From positions 13,330,001 through 13,394,000 of the forward strand of contig CM022666.1 in the NCBI GenBank assembly GCA_012295275.1: a stretch of 64,000 nucleotides of DNA. The letters are read 5' to 3'. The position numbers were made by a program, and so were the translations under genes. Source of the stretch: Chrysomallon squamiferum. Its lineage: Eukaryota; Animalia; Mollusca. This document shows, in pieces, positions 1-14,200 of the stretch. Below the pieces are notes generated by a model. It was given only the letters and a program-made list of their open reading frames with translations. It did not search any database and was not told where the DNA came from. Position 1 is the stretch's first letter; each line of letters begins with the position of its first letter.

Positions 1-9
1 TAATGAAGA

Positions 10-175
10 ATAATAAAATATTCTCGTTCTTTGTTAATAATAAAGTACAATAAAATATTTACATCCTTTGTTAATAATAAAGTACAATAAAATATTCTCA
101 GTCTTTACTAACAATAAAGTATGATGATTAAAATATCCTCATTGTTTGCTAACAATAAAGTACGCCAATAAAACA
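10..175. repeat. Degenerate ~39-bp tandem repeat (ttgttaataataaagtacaataaaatatt)
   Basis: About 4 imperfect copies visible in the YAP intron at the window start. Confidence 0.7.
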
Positions 176-276
176 TTTTCATTGTGATGCTTGGAAGCTG
201 CCAGCTATCTTTTTATCGCTGTGTTTGTGCAGCAGAAACCTGTCAGTATTATGTTTTTAAATCTAGTTACTAAAAC

Positions 277-406
277 CTGGCGTGCGATTTCTTCCTGCCT
301 CTTCTTCAGGAGTTCCTTCTCAAGCTGCAGACGCTGTAAACATTCCACCATTATCGGTCGCTGACCTTGCCCTTGGGGTGACGTGGGATTTGCTGCCATT
401 TGCTGT

Positions 407-438
<32 letters not shown>

Positions 439-485
439 TTGTTGTTGCTGTTGCATTCTCATTCCAGGACGTTGCAGGTGATGTG
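277..485 (-). CDS. YAP1: YAP coding exon 3 (polyQ and coiled coil)
   Basis: Acceptor ttttcacag at 486-494, donor CAG|GTTTT at 276. In frame with ORF 205..462; 18 Gln codons at 400-453. Confidence 0.9.
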
Positions 486-3400
486 CTGTGAAAATGAATA
501 CACATTATTTTCTTTTTCATCTGAGTAATTCAACAGATAATAAACATTTAAATTGAAAATAAAGATGTGGGTTCAAATGTTTATAAATGTTGATTGTTTT
601 CTGATTAATTTTTTTGTTAACTACCATAACACAACCACATATGAAACTTAAAAATTCATAATTTATATTCTGTCCCCAATAATTCCTATTATTATTAATA
701 ATCATTAATGTGAAATGAGAAAATACATGGAATTAATTAGTTAATTAAATTACTAAAATTATCCAACTGAAAAATAAAATGAACGAACAAATAAATCACT
801 AAATGATAATCAACATGAAACATTTACCAATTTTTAAACAACACTGGAGGGCAAAAACATACTGGTGAAATCAAGAGATCAAATAATATAAATAAAATAT
901 TATTCACAGCGTTGCAGTAAATAAAAATAAACCTCTGACATGTTATAATAATAAAAAATAATAATAACAAAAATTAATAATAATAACAAAAATTAACAAT
1001 AATGAAAAAATGCTGAAGAAAGATCAAACTGCATAAGTTTTACGTATTTCGAAACGCTAACAAATTTCAAATTTTACGTGGAGTAATTTCGACAGTTAAT
1101 CCTCATAAACATTTATCAGACAAATCAGTTCTTGAAGGTGACACTTACGAACACCTGGATGGAACCAGCTTGTCGTCCTGTTCAGGTGATTGATGTAGTA
1201 GACCTCTCCGTCGGGCGTGAACGCCTGTTCCCAGCCGGGCGGGAGGGGGACCTTGTCGACGGAGACGCTGTTCTGTGGGGAGGACGGGCTGCTGTGGACC
1301 GGGGAATCCTGCGGGGTCCCAGCGTTCAGAGTTTTGCGGGGATCTGACCATTGTGTAGTCTGTGTGAGGTGACTGAAAGGAAAGGGTGACTTTTTTTTAT
1401 TTTAAAGCAGAGAAAAAAATGTGAACAAACTACTGCTATGTTCAAATCAGAAACAGTTACACCAGCACGGTTAGAAATATAACTGTATTCTCACAATCAA
1501 CCAAAGCTAAATAATGCAGAAAAAATATCACAAACTACAATTAGCAAGCAAACAACAAGCTCTCTAAAAAAAGCTATCTAAAATTAATTCAAAAAAAAGA
1601 AAAAGAAAAAGAAAGCACTGCAAAATCATCTTCAATATACTAAAAGCCATTTTTAAAAAAACTAAGCAAAGAAGTATGGTTACATTACATTTTCACCTTT
1701 GCTCAAAGTTTAAAGCGACATCAACTTGGCCAATAAATCTAATCAATCTCTTGTTATTTTCTTTTAAATATAAAATGTGCAAAAACACCCTTGTATTCAA
1801 ACTGCAGTATAAATCAATTACATACACATCATTTTAAAGAAGCAATAATTATTTTTAATATGAGCCCGTGCAAAATAAAACTTTTTTCTAAAAAGATTTT
1901 AAACACTCAAACGTGAACCCATTCCACACAAAACAATTTTTAAAATTTAGAATAAAAATAAATGCAAAACATTAATTTGTTCAAACCAATCAGAATGCAT
2001 AAATCAATACTTTGTCATCATGCTGACTAGACAAAATATTCCAAACAAAATTTTGCACTCTTTGAAAAAAAAAAAAAAATAATAATGAAAATAAAAGAAA
2101 AATCAAGAGAGTTTGTGAAATATTCTTTTCACAAAAGAGTTTTACTAAATCAGAGGTATAAACGTCCTTTGTGCTGTAGAGATATAAAACAAATCTGTGC
2201 AAAATAATCTGGTCTTCTCAACAGGGCATTCTGGTTCGTGAACAGGCATGACAATGGGTGAGATATATTGCACAACAAAAAAGTGTTTATTAAAGAGAAA
2301 TAATAAATAATATCATGAACAAAGTTGTTTTATGGTTTGTGTGTCCTGTAACACAATTCACATGCAAATATAAAGTTACTGCTTTTTTGGCAAAACACCA
2401 AACAGGAGACAAAAGCAGAGGGTTAGATTTTAACAAAAAATAATAAAAGAAATGCAAAGAAAAAAATTAATTTTTTCTTTGCAAGTATAGCAAAAATCTG
2501 AAATTGAAAAAAAAAAAAAAAACAAAAACAACCCAGTGATTTCTACTAACATTCACAAATATTACATAATTTTATATTATTACAGTGCATGTATTTAGGT
2601 AAAATGCAGATCTGAACAACTTACAGAGCAAATATAACAGATGTAATCAATTTTTCTCTGCATGCGTGTGTTTCTTTCTCTCTGTAACACACACATGCAA
2701 ACAAGACACATACACCACACATTCACACAAACAGAAAACACACAAAATCAACAACCAAGAAAATTGTTTTTTCTCCCGTGACAAACAAACAACAACAAAA
2801 AAAAAACAATTTAACACACACTATCACAGCATCATCTTACAAAGTAATATCAATCATTATTTTACCATGGAAAGAGCAACAAAAGGCAGGCCGCACAAAA
2901 AAAGCCCACCTATTTAGATAAACAATGGGATGCAGTAAACATGAAGAAGACGGAGATAAACAACAGGACCTGTTTTACTGTCTGAACAAAACAAAGTGGT
3001 AGGCCAGCTAACCCAACAGGCTCCAGAATGGTTGTGTTTACACCACCACTGCTAGGTAACAGCAGAGATCAGACACAATGTCACTTCGTGCCTGGTACGC
3101 TGGCTCGCTCACTGCAGTATCAGTGTAAGAAGGGAAACTAAATGTATGGCACATTTCCACGGCAATGTTAAAAAACACACAAACACACACAGAAATATAT
3201 ATATATATGTATGTTTAGGCCTATATATATTTTTTTTACTATTAAGAAAAGTCGAGTAAGTTAAGAGTATTATCATTTTGCTCTGTGTGTGTGTGTGTGT
3301 GTGTCTTTCTCTCTCTCTGCATATTTTCTTAACTGTTTATATGTATGCATGTACCTCATGTGATTTTGTGTTAATGTGATGTATCTGTACATGTTAATTT

Positions 3401-4038
3401 TGACAGTTACTGTATGGTTTTTTTTTACTAATTTCATACACACTAGAATACTGTAAATTATATATTTTGATTTTGTGTTTTCATTTCACTATTTGACTAA
3501 CAATGACTTAGTACCAAAGATCATTCTTTTGAAAAGAGAAAACAAAACTAGGTCCTTTCATTTTTTCTTTCTTTCTAGTTCAAGATGATCAACAGACTAA
3601 CTCGGAACTGTTACCATTACACCATAAGATCTTCTAAATCATTTTCCCAATAAATAAAAAAAAAAAAAATCCTTAATAACACTGATAATGTATTTATTTG
3701 TACAAATTAAAACTGCCTTGTGCAGTATGAAGTAATGTCCAAGCAGACAGACAGACAGACAGACAGACACGTTCAATTTTGACAAAATATCTAATCACGT
3801 ACACCTAATATGAACATTAATTAATCAAAATTCCACTCTTAAAAAGATTTTATTAATCAAAACTGCCATAGATGGAGTACAGTGACTTCTCGTTTTACTC
3901 ACATGATGAATCATGTAGTCGGATATATCAGTCTTTATCTCTGGCCCACCCACACCTACACATCTTTCCAGTAAAACAAACTAGTTATTGAAAACGTGTT
4001 GAAAGACAGGCAGTGCAGACATGTGCATGTTCTTGTAA

Positions 4039-4069
<31 letters not shown>

Positions 4070-4324
4070 AAACACTCAAACAAAAATGTTTTTAGATGCG
4101 TTAATACAGACAGAGGCGTAATAATTTTTTGTATCATACCCGAATGGTTGCTGGCAAAAATTTTAATCCTTTTTAATCATTATTGAATACATTCACATTT
4201 TTCAGCTTTTACAAAAAAGGACAAGAAATGGCAAAATTAAAAACAGCCTTGACCAAGAGCAAAATGTTTTCAACACTTTGTTTTGTTGTTTTGGAGTTGT
4301 CGGAAGTGTTGCTTCTTTTTATTT

Positions 4325-4365
<41 letters not shown>

Positions 4366-5570
4366 CTGATGGATCATCATGCTTATGTTTGAGGAATTAA
4401 TAGCTGCAGGCAATTTCTAATAAATTTCATTATTTTATCAAAATGAAAAATTAGAAAATGAGAAACAGATCAAGCTTCACTAAGAAAAAAAAAAGGAAAA
4501 ACAGATCAAGCTTCACTAAGAAAAAAAAAAGGAAAAACAACTGGGATCAGTAAATCAAGAAGACAAACTGGACTCATGAACGTCTGATCATAAATGTTCA
4601 CAAATACATCATGTTTTTTTCCAACTTTAAACATTAACCTAGATAAAGTAAAAAAAAAAAAAAGAAGACCTTGAACATGTTTTTAAACATGTATAAAAAT
4701 GTTCACTAAATGTAGAAGTAAAAATTAATTAAATGTAATTATTCTGTGTTGATTTATAATCAGAAAGTGAAACAAGCAGCAAAACCTGCTGATGAATAAA
4801 TCATGAATTTGTTCCAATAAACTTATTTTAAAACAAGAGCAAAAGTATAATAGCAATAGTAATGATAATATTGGCATTACTACTACTTCTACTAATATTT
4901 AAGTAACAGTAACAAAACAGCAACATCAACAATACTAACTGTGTGGGTGTGGGTGTATCTGTATGTATGTGTGTATGTGTATGTATGTGCATATCTGTGT
5001 GTGTTTATGTATCTGTTTCTGTGTGTATGTATGTCTGTGTGTGGGTGACTATGTGCATGTGTGTGCGTATGTATCTGTGTTCATGTGAGTATCTGTGTAT
5101 GGTTGTGTATGTCTGTGTGTGTATCTATGTATGGTTGTGTATGTCTGTGTGTGTCTGTGTGGGTGTGTGTGTGACTGTGTATATGTGTGTGTGTGTGTCT
5201 GTGTGTGTGTGTGTGTGTCTGTGTGTGTGTGTGTGTGTGTGTGACTGTGTGTATCTGTGTATGGTTGTGTATGTCTGTGTGTGTCTCTGTGTGGGTGTGT
5301 GTGTGACTGTGTGTGTATCTGTGTGTGTGTGTGTCTGTGTGTGTATCTGTGTGTGTGTGTGTGTGTCTGTGTGTGTATCTGTGTGTGTGTATCTGTGTGC
5401 ATGTGTGTGTGGCTATGTATGTGTCTGTGTCTGTGTGTATGTCTGTATGTGTGTGTGTCTGTGTGTGTGTCTGTGTCTCTGTGTATGTCTGTGTGTGAGT
5501 GTGTGTGTTCTCACAACTGACTCATCGCATGGAGCCAGCCAGCCAGCTACATTGTTACTGAATGAATCAC

Positions 5571-5606
<36 letters not shown>

Positions 5607-7377
5607 CACAGCTTCCACTGCCAATTACCTGTGAAACCCACACTCTGTGGTCTCACTGCCTCAATCAACTGGTGGTCCACTGTTCAACAAGTGCACAGTC
5701 TACTCGAGCAGGGGGGGATGACTTTCCCAGCATTCAAAGGGGAAACAGTGGTCGATACCTTGAAAATATTTTTCCTGCAGTTATCCGATCTGCAGGTCCT
5801 GGGACCTGGCGAAGATGGTTTTGTGACAAAGTGAATGAAAAATCCTGTCATTATGTTTTTATTTGGGTCTATAAATGAAACAGGATGACAACTGGCTGAG
5901 ATGGAAATCTGATCCACATAACAAATTGTAACAGGAATCGTTAAGCGCATTATATTCACGTCTTTTGTTGTTGCTGCTGTTGTTTTTGTTTTTTTTTTTT
6001 TTTTTTTTTTTTTTACATAAAAAAAAAAAAAAAAGGGAAACAAAAATGAAAATATTGTCACATATTATTATTAAAGTACATTTAAAAATAAAACTGATGA
6101 ATGATTTTATTGCTTTTGTGTTAAAAAGAGCAATGAAAGTAAATATAAACGGGGAACTATTTCTGTATATATTATGAAAGAGGATTCAAAAGTGACAAAT
6201 AATTGTAATTTATCACAATGTCAAGCTGTTGAGTAACATTTTCCCACAACCAGGCAGGTAAAGGCCTGTGTGACACACAATACTAGTGGGAAAGTCAAAC
6301 ACACATTACGTTCATGTTACAAACCTACGTGAATGTTGCAATTAACAACTTGTCATCACATTCAAGCATTTCTGAAAAACAGCTGCTCCAAGTGACCAAT
6401 AACCTCTCTTTAATTTCTAAAACCCAACAACAAAAGTGATAAAAAAAAAAAATAAAAAATAATAATAACAATAATTAATGTATGTGTGCAATCATGCAAA
6501 ATAAAGGGACAAATACTGTCTGCACATTCCAAATTTTTATCCTGTACTTTGATACAACTTTACTATTTAAAAAAAAACAATAAAAAATAAGAAGAAAACG
6601 AAGAGGAGGAAAACCTTCATTACAAAAAAAAAAAAAACCACAAACACAAACAAATCATTACAAAGATAAACAGCCAGAAACGGGCTAGGATGCAACTCAG
6701 GTTTTCAAAATGATTCATATTGCTTGCTCGCTTTGATAAACAATACTGGTGACTTCGCACCTTGCTAATCCACGTGGGTGACAGTTGCTGGTGATTTTCT
6801 CGTGTGACTTGAGCTCCACCGCGACACACAGAGTGATGTGCTGTCACAGTACACATCCACCTGCAGCAGTGGAAATCATAACACACTGACCTACATGGCA
6901 GGCAATCAATCAAGTGGCTGTGCAGCCCAGGTATAATATAAAGAGACTGAACACTCACTCACCTACATTACATTCACTACAAATATCACAGACTGTGTGT
7001 GTAGTCCAGGTACAATATAAAGAGACTGAACACTCACTCACCTACATTACATTCACTACAAATATCACAGACTGTGTGTGTAGTCCAGGTACAATATAAA
7101 GAGACTGAACACTCACTCACCTACATTACATTCACTACAAATATCACAGACTGTGTGTGTGTGTGTGTGTGTGTGTGTAGTCCAGGTACATATAAAGAGA
7201 CTGAACACTCACTCACCTACATTACATTCACTACAAATATCACAGACTGTGTGTGTAGTCCAGGTACAATATAAAGAGACTGACAAATATCACAGTGTGT
7301 GTGTGTGTGTGTGCAGCCCAGGTACATATAAAGAGACTGAACACTCACCTACATTACATTCACTACAAATATCACAG

Positions 7378-7420
<43 letters not shown>

Positions 7421-8084
7421 TCCAGGTACATATAAAGAGACTGAACACTCACTCACCTACATTACATTCACTACAAATATCACAGACTGTGTGTGTGTGT
7501 GTAGTCCAGGTACATATAAAGAGACTGAACACTCACTCACCTACATTACATTCACTACAAATATCACAGACTGTGTGTGTAGTCCAGGTACAATATAAAG
7601 AGACTGAACACTCACCTACATTACATTCACTACAAATATCACAGACTGTGTGTGTGTGTGTGTGTGTGTAGTCCAGGTACATATAAAGAGACTGAACACT
7701 CACCTACATTACATTCACTACAAATATCACAGACTTGTGTGTAGTCCAGGTAAAATTGAACACTCACCTACATTACATTCACTACAAATATCACAGTCTG
7801 TGTGTGTGTGTGTGTGCAGCCCAGGTACATATAAAACATACATTACATTTTCACTACAAAAATTAGATAGTCCAACATATAAAGAGACTGAACACTCACT
7901 CACCTACATTACATTCACTACAAATTTCACAGACTGTGTGTGTGTGTGTAGTCCAGGTACATATAAAGAGACTGAACACTCACTCACCTACATTACATTC
8001 ACTACAAATATCACAGACTGTGTGTGTGTGTGTAGTCCAGGTACATAAAAAAATGAACACTAAAACATGAATAATAAAATAATC

Positions 8085-8132
<48 letters not shown>

Positions 8133-8451
8133 TCCAGGTTTAAAAGTTATGAACACTCATCACCTACATTGTTTATAAGACAGAGTTTTCAGTTATAGAT
8201 CTATGTCAATGTGTGAAGAATGCATGTTCATGCAAACATCTTTGAAGAAAAGCACATGCATCGTTGTGTGTGTGCATGAATACATTTTCAATAAAAATTA
8301 ACATAATTGAAATACAAAATGGCTCAACTGCAACATACTTACAAAAAAAATAAAAAATAAAAAATAAGATTAATAAAAACAGCTTTCGTAATGAATTATG
8401 TTTATAAACACAGAGCCTCAAATTGTGGTCAACTGAATACAAATTTCAAGA

Positions 8452-8482
<31 letters not shown>

Positions 8483-10808
8483 AACAATAACAAAATGTGA
8501 TTATGGTAGAAATAATGGCTTTTACCTTTCCAGATCTACATACAGAATTTCATTTTGTTCACAGAAAACCTGAACATCATTTTACATTTTTCTTTTTCTT
8601 CTTCAACAAATGTTTCAGAAAACTGAACAGCAAATTAAATAATCAACAGAAATGAGAAGAATTTTAAATATCTAAAAAAAAAGTTCTTCCCAAGAATGTT
8701 TAATATCCATTCAAACTGTTATTTGCCTGCAGCCCGAAAGAGTTAGGAAAGCATTAAAAAAAGTCTATATACTTTATACATATTTTAAGTATGAATTTTC
8801 TGTCTACCCCCAGGCAAGACACTGTTACAGTAGCTGTGATAAGATGTATTTCCAGGTTCATAACTCAAAAGTTTTGCCATTTATAGCATTAACGAATCAC
8901 TTTACGTCATAAATGATACAATACTTAAGTAACACTACAGTGACAGATACACACATACCACAACAAAATGGCATCATGTATGAAGTTTATAGAAACGGAT
9001 CATTTGCAGTTTACAATATAAACAATGAAGATAACTTTTGTAGTTTTATTTTTCTATAAAATTAACTTTCATTAATACAAAACTGTTTTTGTTCTTACTG
9101 TTAGCAGACTTTGATTTTTCCGTAATCAAATTTGTTACTGTTTTATTTTGCTATTGTTAATACTGAAGACATGTTTTCAAAATGGTTTCAGTTTATACTG
9201 AACGTGACTTTTTTTTTTTTTTCTATTTTCTGTTTGGCTTAAAGGGTAAGAATGGTCACAGAAGGGGGGGGACATTTGCATTCAGCCACATTGTATGAGC
9301 CAAGCCCTGCATCTAATAACACAAAGTTATTTTCACCAATTCCAAATAGCAAGTTACCTCTGTGTCATCTGGTTTTGTGACATGAAGAGGTACAATGGAC
9401 CTTTGACAATTTTTTTTTTTTCTTGATTTTTTTTTTCTTGAAGAATAAGAAGAAGAAAATCTAATTATAAAGCACAGCATGAAAGTTAAGAAATGCCAAA
9501 AGATTAATTAAAAACTTAATATTTTTAATCAAAATTTTATTCGATGTGTACATATGCAAACACAAGTATTTATCCATATACATGTTTATGTGACCACACA
9601 TCCAAATAAAAATGAAAATAAAAGACATTTTTAAAAATATTTTTATAAATTGGTAAACAGTGCCATGTTTTTTCCTACCTTATTCTTTACAAGAAAACAC
9701 ATACTGAAAACCTTAATTCTTATTTTTTATTTCTTTTTTTTTATCCTAACTTTTTACTTCCCCTCCTTGCATCTCATTTTTATTAGTTTGAAAATAAAAA
9801 AACATTGTGAACCTAAAAATTTTATAATTGGTTGCCACAGCTAATTAACTATTAAAAACAAAAATGATTTACACTGACATATGGATAAAGACAAATGTCT
9901 GAATGAAGAAAACTAGAAACTAAACACACAAAAAAAAAGATTTGCAGCCATTTCTGGGGAAAAATTGCTGTGAAAATTTCACAAAATTTTGGCTTAGTAT
10001 TTTTTTGAATAATACATGATCAGGGAGAAAAGGACATTGTAAAAAAAAATGTTTGCCCTGAGGGTGAATGGGGCAGTACATATTAAATTATGGGTGACAA
10101 ATGTGAAAAATAGATTATTATATATACCAATATGTGCTTGTGAAATATGCAGGAATGTCGGGATTTTAAATACCATTCAAAACATGAAGTTAATTTAAAA
10201 CATTAACTTGCCATGTTATTAGCAAGTGAAAAAAAAAAAGGTATTAGTATAAAAAAAGAATGAAATCAGTGTTGTTAATGATACATTAAGTTGACTGACA
10301 GCATGAAAGTCAGTGTTCCTCACATGAAACACAGGAAATGGGAGAAGCATGCAAAAAGTATGGAAATGAAGGATCTTAAATTCAAATTTTATGTAGATAC
10401 AAACTTTGTAAATTCACTTCAGCTTCACTGACCCTACATAAACTGTTCTTGTTGTTTTTAAAATTAAAGTGTGTGTCCCCTTTTGCAGCATAAATGAAAT
10501 TTCTTTACACTTCCAAGTTATTCTACAGCTTTGTTAGTAAGGATGATGAATAATTCTAAGTTTGAAACAATAACACTATTATGGAACATTTTAACGTTGT
10601 CATTATACAGAAGTACATGGCTGTCTGACAATGTATTTTGTCTAATACTATAAGAAACTTCAGGAAAAAAAAATAATAATAAAAAGCTGTGTTCTATATA
10701 CAACAGAAAAATGTTGATGCCTAGATATTGTAAACTGCACTTTTTGGTTGTCATACTTCAATAATTAATCAACATTGGAGGCAGAACAAAAACAAACAAA
10801 CAAACAAA

Positions 10809-10854
<46 letters not shown>

Positions 10855-11189
10855 AACACACACACACACACACAATCTGATACTATGCAGAATAAATTTA
10901 GATACTCTAAACGTATGCTTAACATTTATGTTCTTGTATATTTTACACCTAATAAATTCAGACACCGTACTGAAATTACTATTTACTTATTTGTGTATCA
11001 ACCCATGAATCCTTCACGGAGGATTATAAAATTCAACACAAGTGATTCCACACATCCAGTGAAGTGGTAGGCAGTAAGCAGTCATTTTAGTACTACTACT
11101 GTTATCTACTACTTGGCTGGTTTCATTCTGAAGGTCAGTGGGTCATATTCTGTGTCAGTTTATTTATTCTACCTCTGCTACAGCTTAAC

Positions 11190-11224
<35 letters not shown>

Positions 11225-14200
11225 CCCAGGGCAGCAAATAAACCTTTGTAAAATGTTTGTTTATATTTAGCATCAATCACAGTGCACAATAACACGTACA
11301 AAGGCTGAAACAATTTTGAAGGTAGGTGAAGAGACACACATACACACACACAGACAGACAGACAGACAGACAGATAAAAAATAAAAATGAAAATACTACT
11401 GAAGATTTGAGGAGTAATTCCTCAAATTGTGAATGACATCATTTAAATAAAATGAAAAAATACATGTATTCTCACCTATATTATTCATTTAATTATCTTT
11501 TTTCTTTTCCTGTATTATTTTTGTAGTTCATTTTTTTTTTTTTTTTTTTTTTTTATTTATTATGTTATTTTATATTATATTCTTTTTCTTTTTCTTATTT
11601 TTGTTGTTTTTTATAAAAAAAAAAAAAAAAAAAAAAATTTAAAATAATATATTATTTTCTTATTGGTATCTTGTTGTTCAAAGTGATGCAAATAAAGTAT
11701 CAGATATAAAATAAAATATTTCAAAGTGACTTACAGCTGACCTGAAAGGAAATGATGTAGTTTAATACTGGGTACAAGTGAAATAAAACTTTTGTTAGAC
11801 ACACAACATGTACCTACATGTAGTCAGTAACTATGACAGCTTGTCTAACCAAAAATGGCACTGTAACCTGCGATATCCATAAAATGCCTTAAGAACAAAA
11901 CAAATAAAAATATTTAAAAATGTACATAAAAAGACTTAACATGAAAAATCCAGTAAAGATGGTAAACAAACTTGATTTATTACTTGTACTTTTTTTTTCC
12001 TTCTGAAATAAGACGTATTTATGAAGAAAAAAACATACTGAAATTAAATTTCAGTTATTTTAACAAATATTTTCAGCTCTTTTTAATATTCTCATTATTA
12101 ATTATATGAAAATTACTAAATTACTTTTACTTTTTTTCACTTTTTCTATCTGAACTGTTTTGCTAAACATTATTTAGTTCAGTTATGTTGTAGGATTCAA
12201 TAAAAACTAAAGGGCAACAGATGATGAAAGTGTCCAGATTTTTATAGTAATGATTAGAAGCATCATTTTCAGAAAAAATAAAAAATAAAATTGTATCTGT
12301 GTATATATACATGCATGGATTTATGTCTGCATGTATATATATTTACTTACATACAAACAGACATATACATCCATCTACAAACAGACATATCCAAAACATC
12401 CATCTAGATGGATCTGATATTTATGCACGTGCATACATTTTTACACACACACAGACACACATCTACACGATCTGATAAAGCAACGAGCCTTGATCCAAAA
12501 ACCAATCGATTCTCAGATGGATGTATACTCATTTATGTATGTGCATGCATTTTTATACACACACACATACATTCACATAAATCAAAGAGCCTTGATCTGA
12601 AAACCTATCAGACCTCTCAGATGGGTGTACACACATCTATATACATGCATACATTTTTACACATACAGACACACACATTCTAAATCAAACACTTGATCAT
12701 ACATCTATTTACATGCATACATTTTTACACATACAGACACATACATTCACATAAATCAAAGAGACTTGATCTGAAAACCTATCAGACCTCTCAGATGGGT
12801 GTACACACATTTATGTACGTGCATACATTTTTACACACACACAGACACACACATTCACATAAATCAAAGAGACTTGATCTGAAAACCTATCAGACCTCTC
12901 AGATGGGTGTTCTAATCAATTACTAGCTCTATCCAGCAGGACACAATGGCTGGCTGGGGTCCTTGAGTAACTTTTCTCTCTAATATCCGTATCATCTTGC
13001 AGGCCACCACTGGGCTCTGCCTGGGGCCCAACAACAAACAAAGGCTGCAGAAAGAAAGCAGCACTTTGCCCTGTAATTAAACTTTTGACCCAGCCAGTTT
13101 AAGCACCACTGTGAAATAGAGGTAAGATAATAGGGTAACAGTCTGGCTGTTGCTTTTAAAACTTAAAATACTGTTTATGTGTACATGAGTATCAACCAAG
13201 GCAATGACACGTTCAGTGTGTTAATCTGAGATAATGACACACGCGAAGAACACAGACACATGCATACAAAAAGACAGAGGAAAGAGGAAAAAAAAAAGAG
13301 AAAAGGATGATTATACATTGGGATAGTGTCTGACAGAGGTGACTCGAGACATTCATAGTGTATATACTTAGAGGAAATTATAACTACTAATTTTTAGTAT
13401 ATCATTACTACTCTAATGGTGGTGAATAACACAAAACCAGTCCTTATAACACTTGTATTCACGATTCAAAGCTTTGAATTCAAGTGCATTGCAATTCAAA
13501 CAAATTCAAGGCTTCAAATTCAAGTGCAAAACAATTTTAGCAGATTCACAAATTGAAGTGCAAAAGCATTCAAACAATTTTATTCTAAAATGCGGACCTC
13601 GGTTCTGCTTTAGATTTGAATTACTGTTTTAAGTCTAATGTTAAGATTACTTTCTACTGCAGAGACAAAACATTATTTCCATGCTGTGACAAATTCTCCA
13701 CGTCTAATCACTGCTGAATGTGTCACAGCCAAACTGTCCACTTCATTTATCAACACTATGGGCAGTCGAGGGGTTTATTGTCCAGATATAATGGTCATAG
13801 TCAAACCCTTCATTTAATTATCTAATACACTGACCCAGGTCATTCATTTCTTTTTCTTTTTCCATCAGGTAAAACCTGAAACAACTGACAGTATTCTCGA
13901 CATTTTGCTCTTGTTGTTCAAGGTTGTTGTTTTTTCTGACTAATACTGCCATTCTTTTGTACAAATCGTACCACACGATACACGGGCAAATTAAATTAAA
14001 CATAACAAATGAATTTCATAAACATTTTGCTTTGGACATTTTCACTCGTTTGTGAATTTATAATGAAGAAAAACAAGACACTTACGAATAGGTTTTAATG
14101 TATTAGTAAACAGGTGCTGGTGAAAACTTTGGCCGAAAGCCAACCGAAATCTGTGTTCTGCTGAAGTAGGTCGGCAAAAAGTATACAGTGTACACATGTA

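Noticed and set aside
1132-1351. ORF-track peptides overlapping YAP exon 2
   Set aside because: They are in the wrong frame or strand; the real WW-coding frame is the spliced minus-strand frame.
4463-4537. Short exact tandem duplications (also 14183-14238 and 60439-60501)
   Set aside because: These are ordinary local slippage duplications with no functional signal.
4943-5878. 311-aa Cys/Val-rich ORF and overlapping HT-rich ORFs
   Set aside because: These are translations of the (GT)n microsatellite, with no domain or splice support.
6914-8048. Repetitive ORFs and CRISPR-like regularity in the minisatellite
   Set aside because: The context is a eukaryotic intron, the spacers are (GT)n rather than unique sequences, and there are no cas genes.
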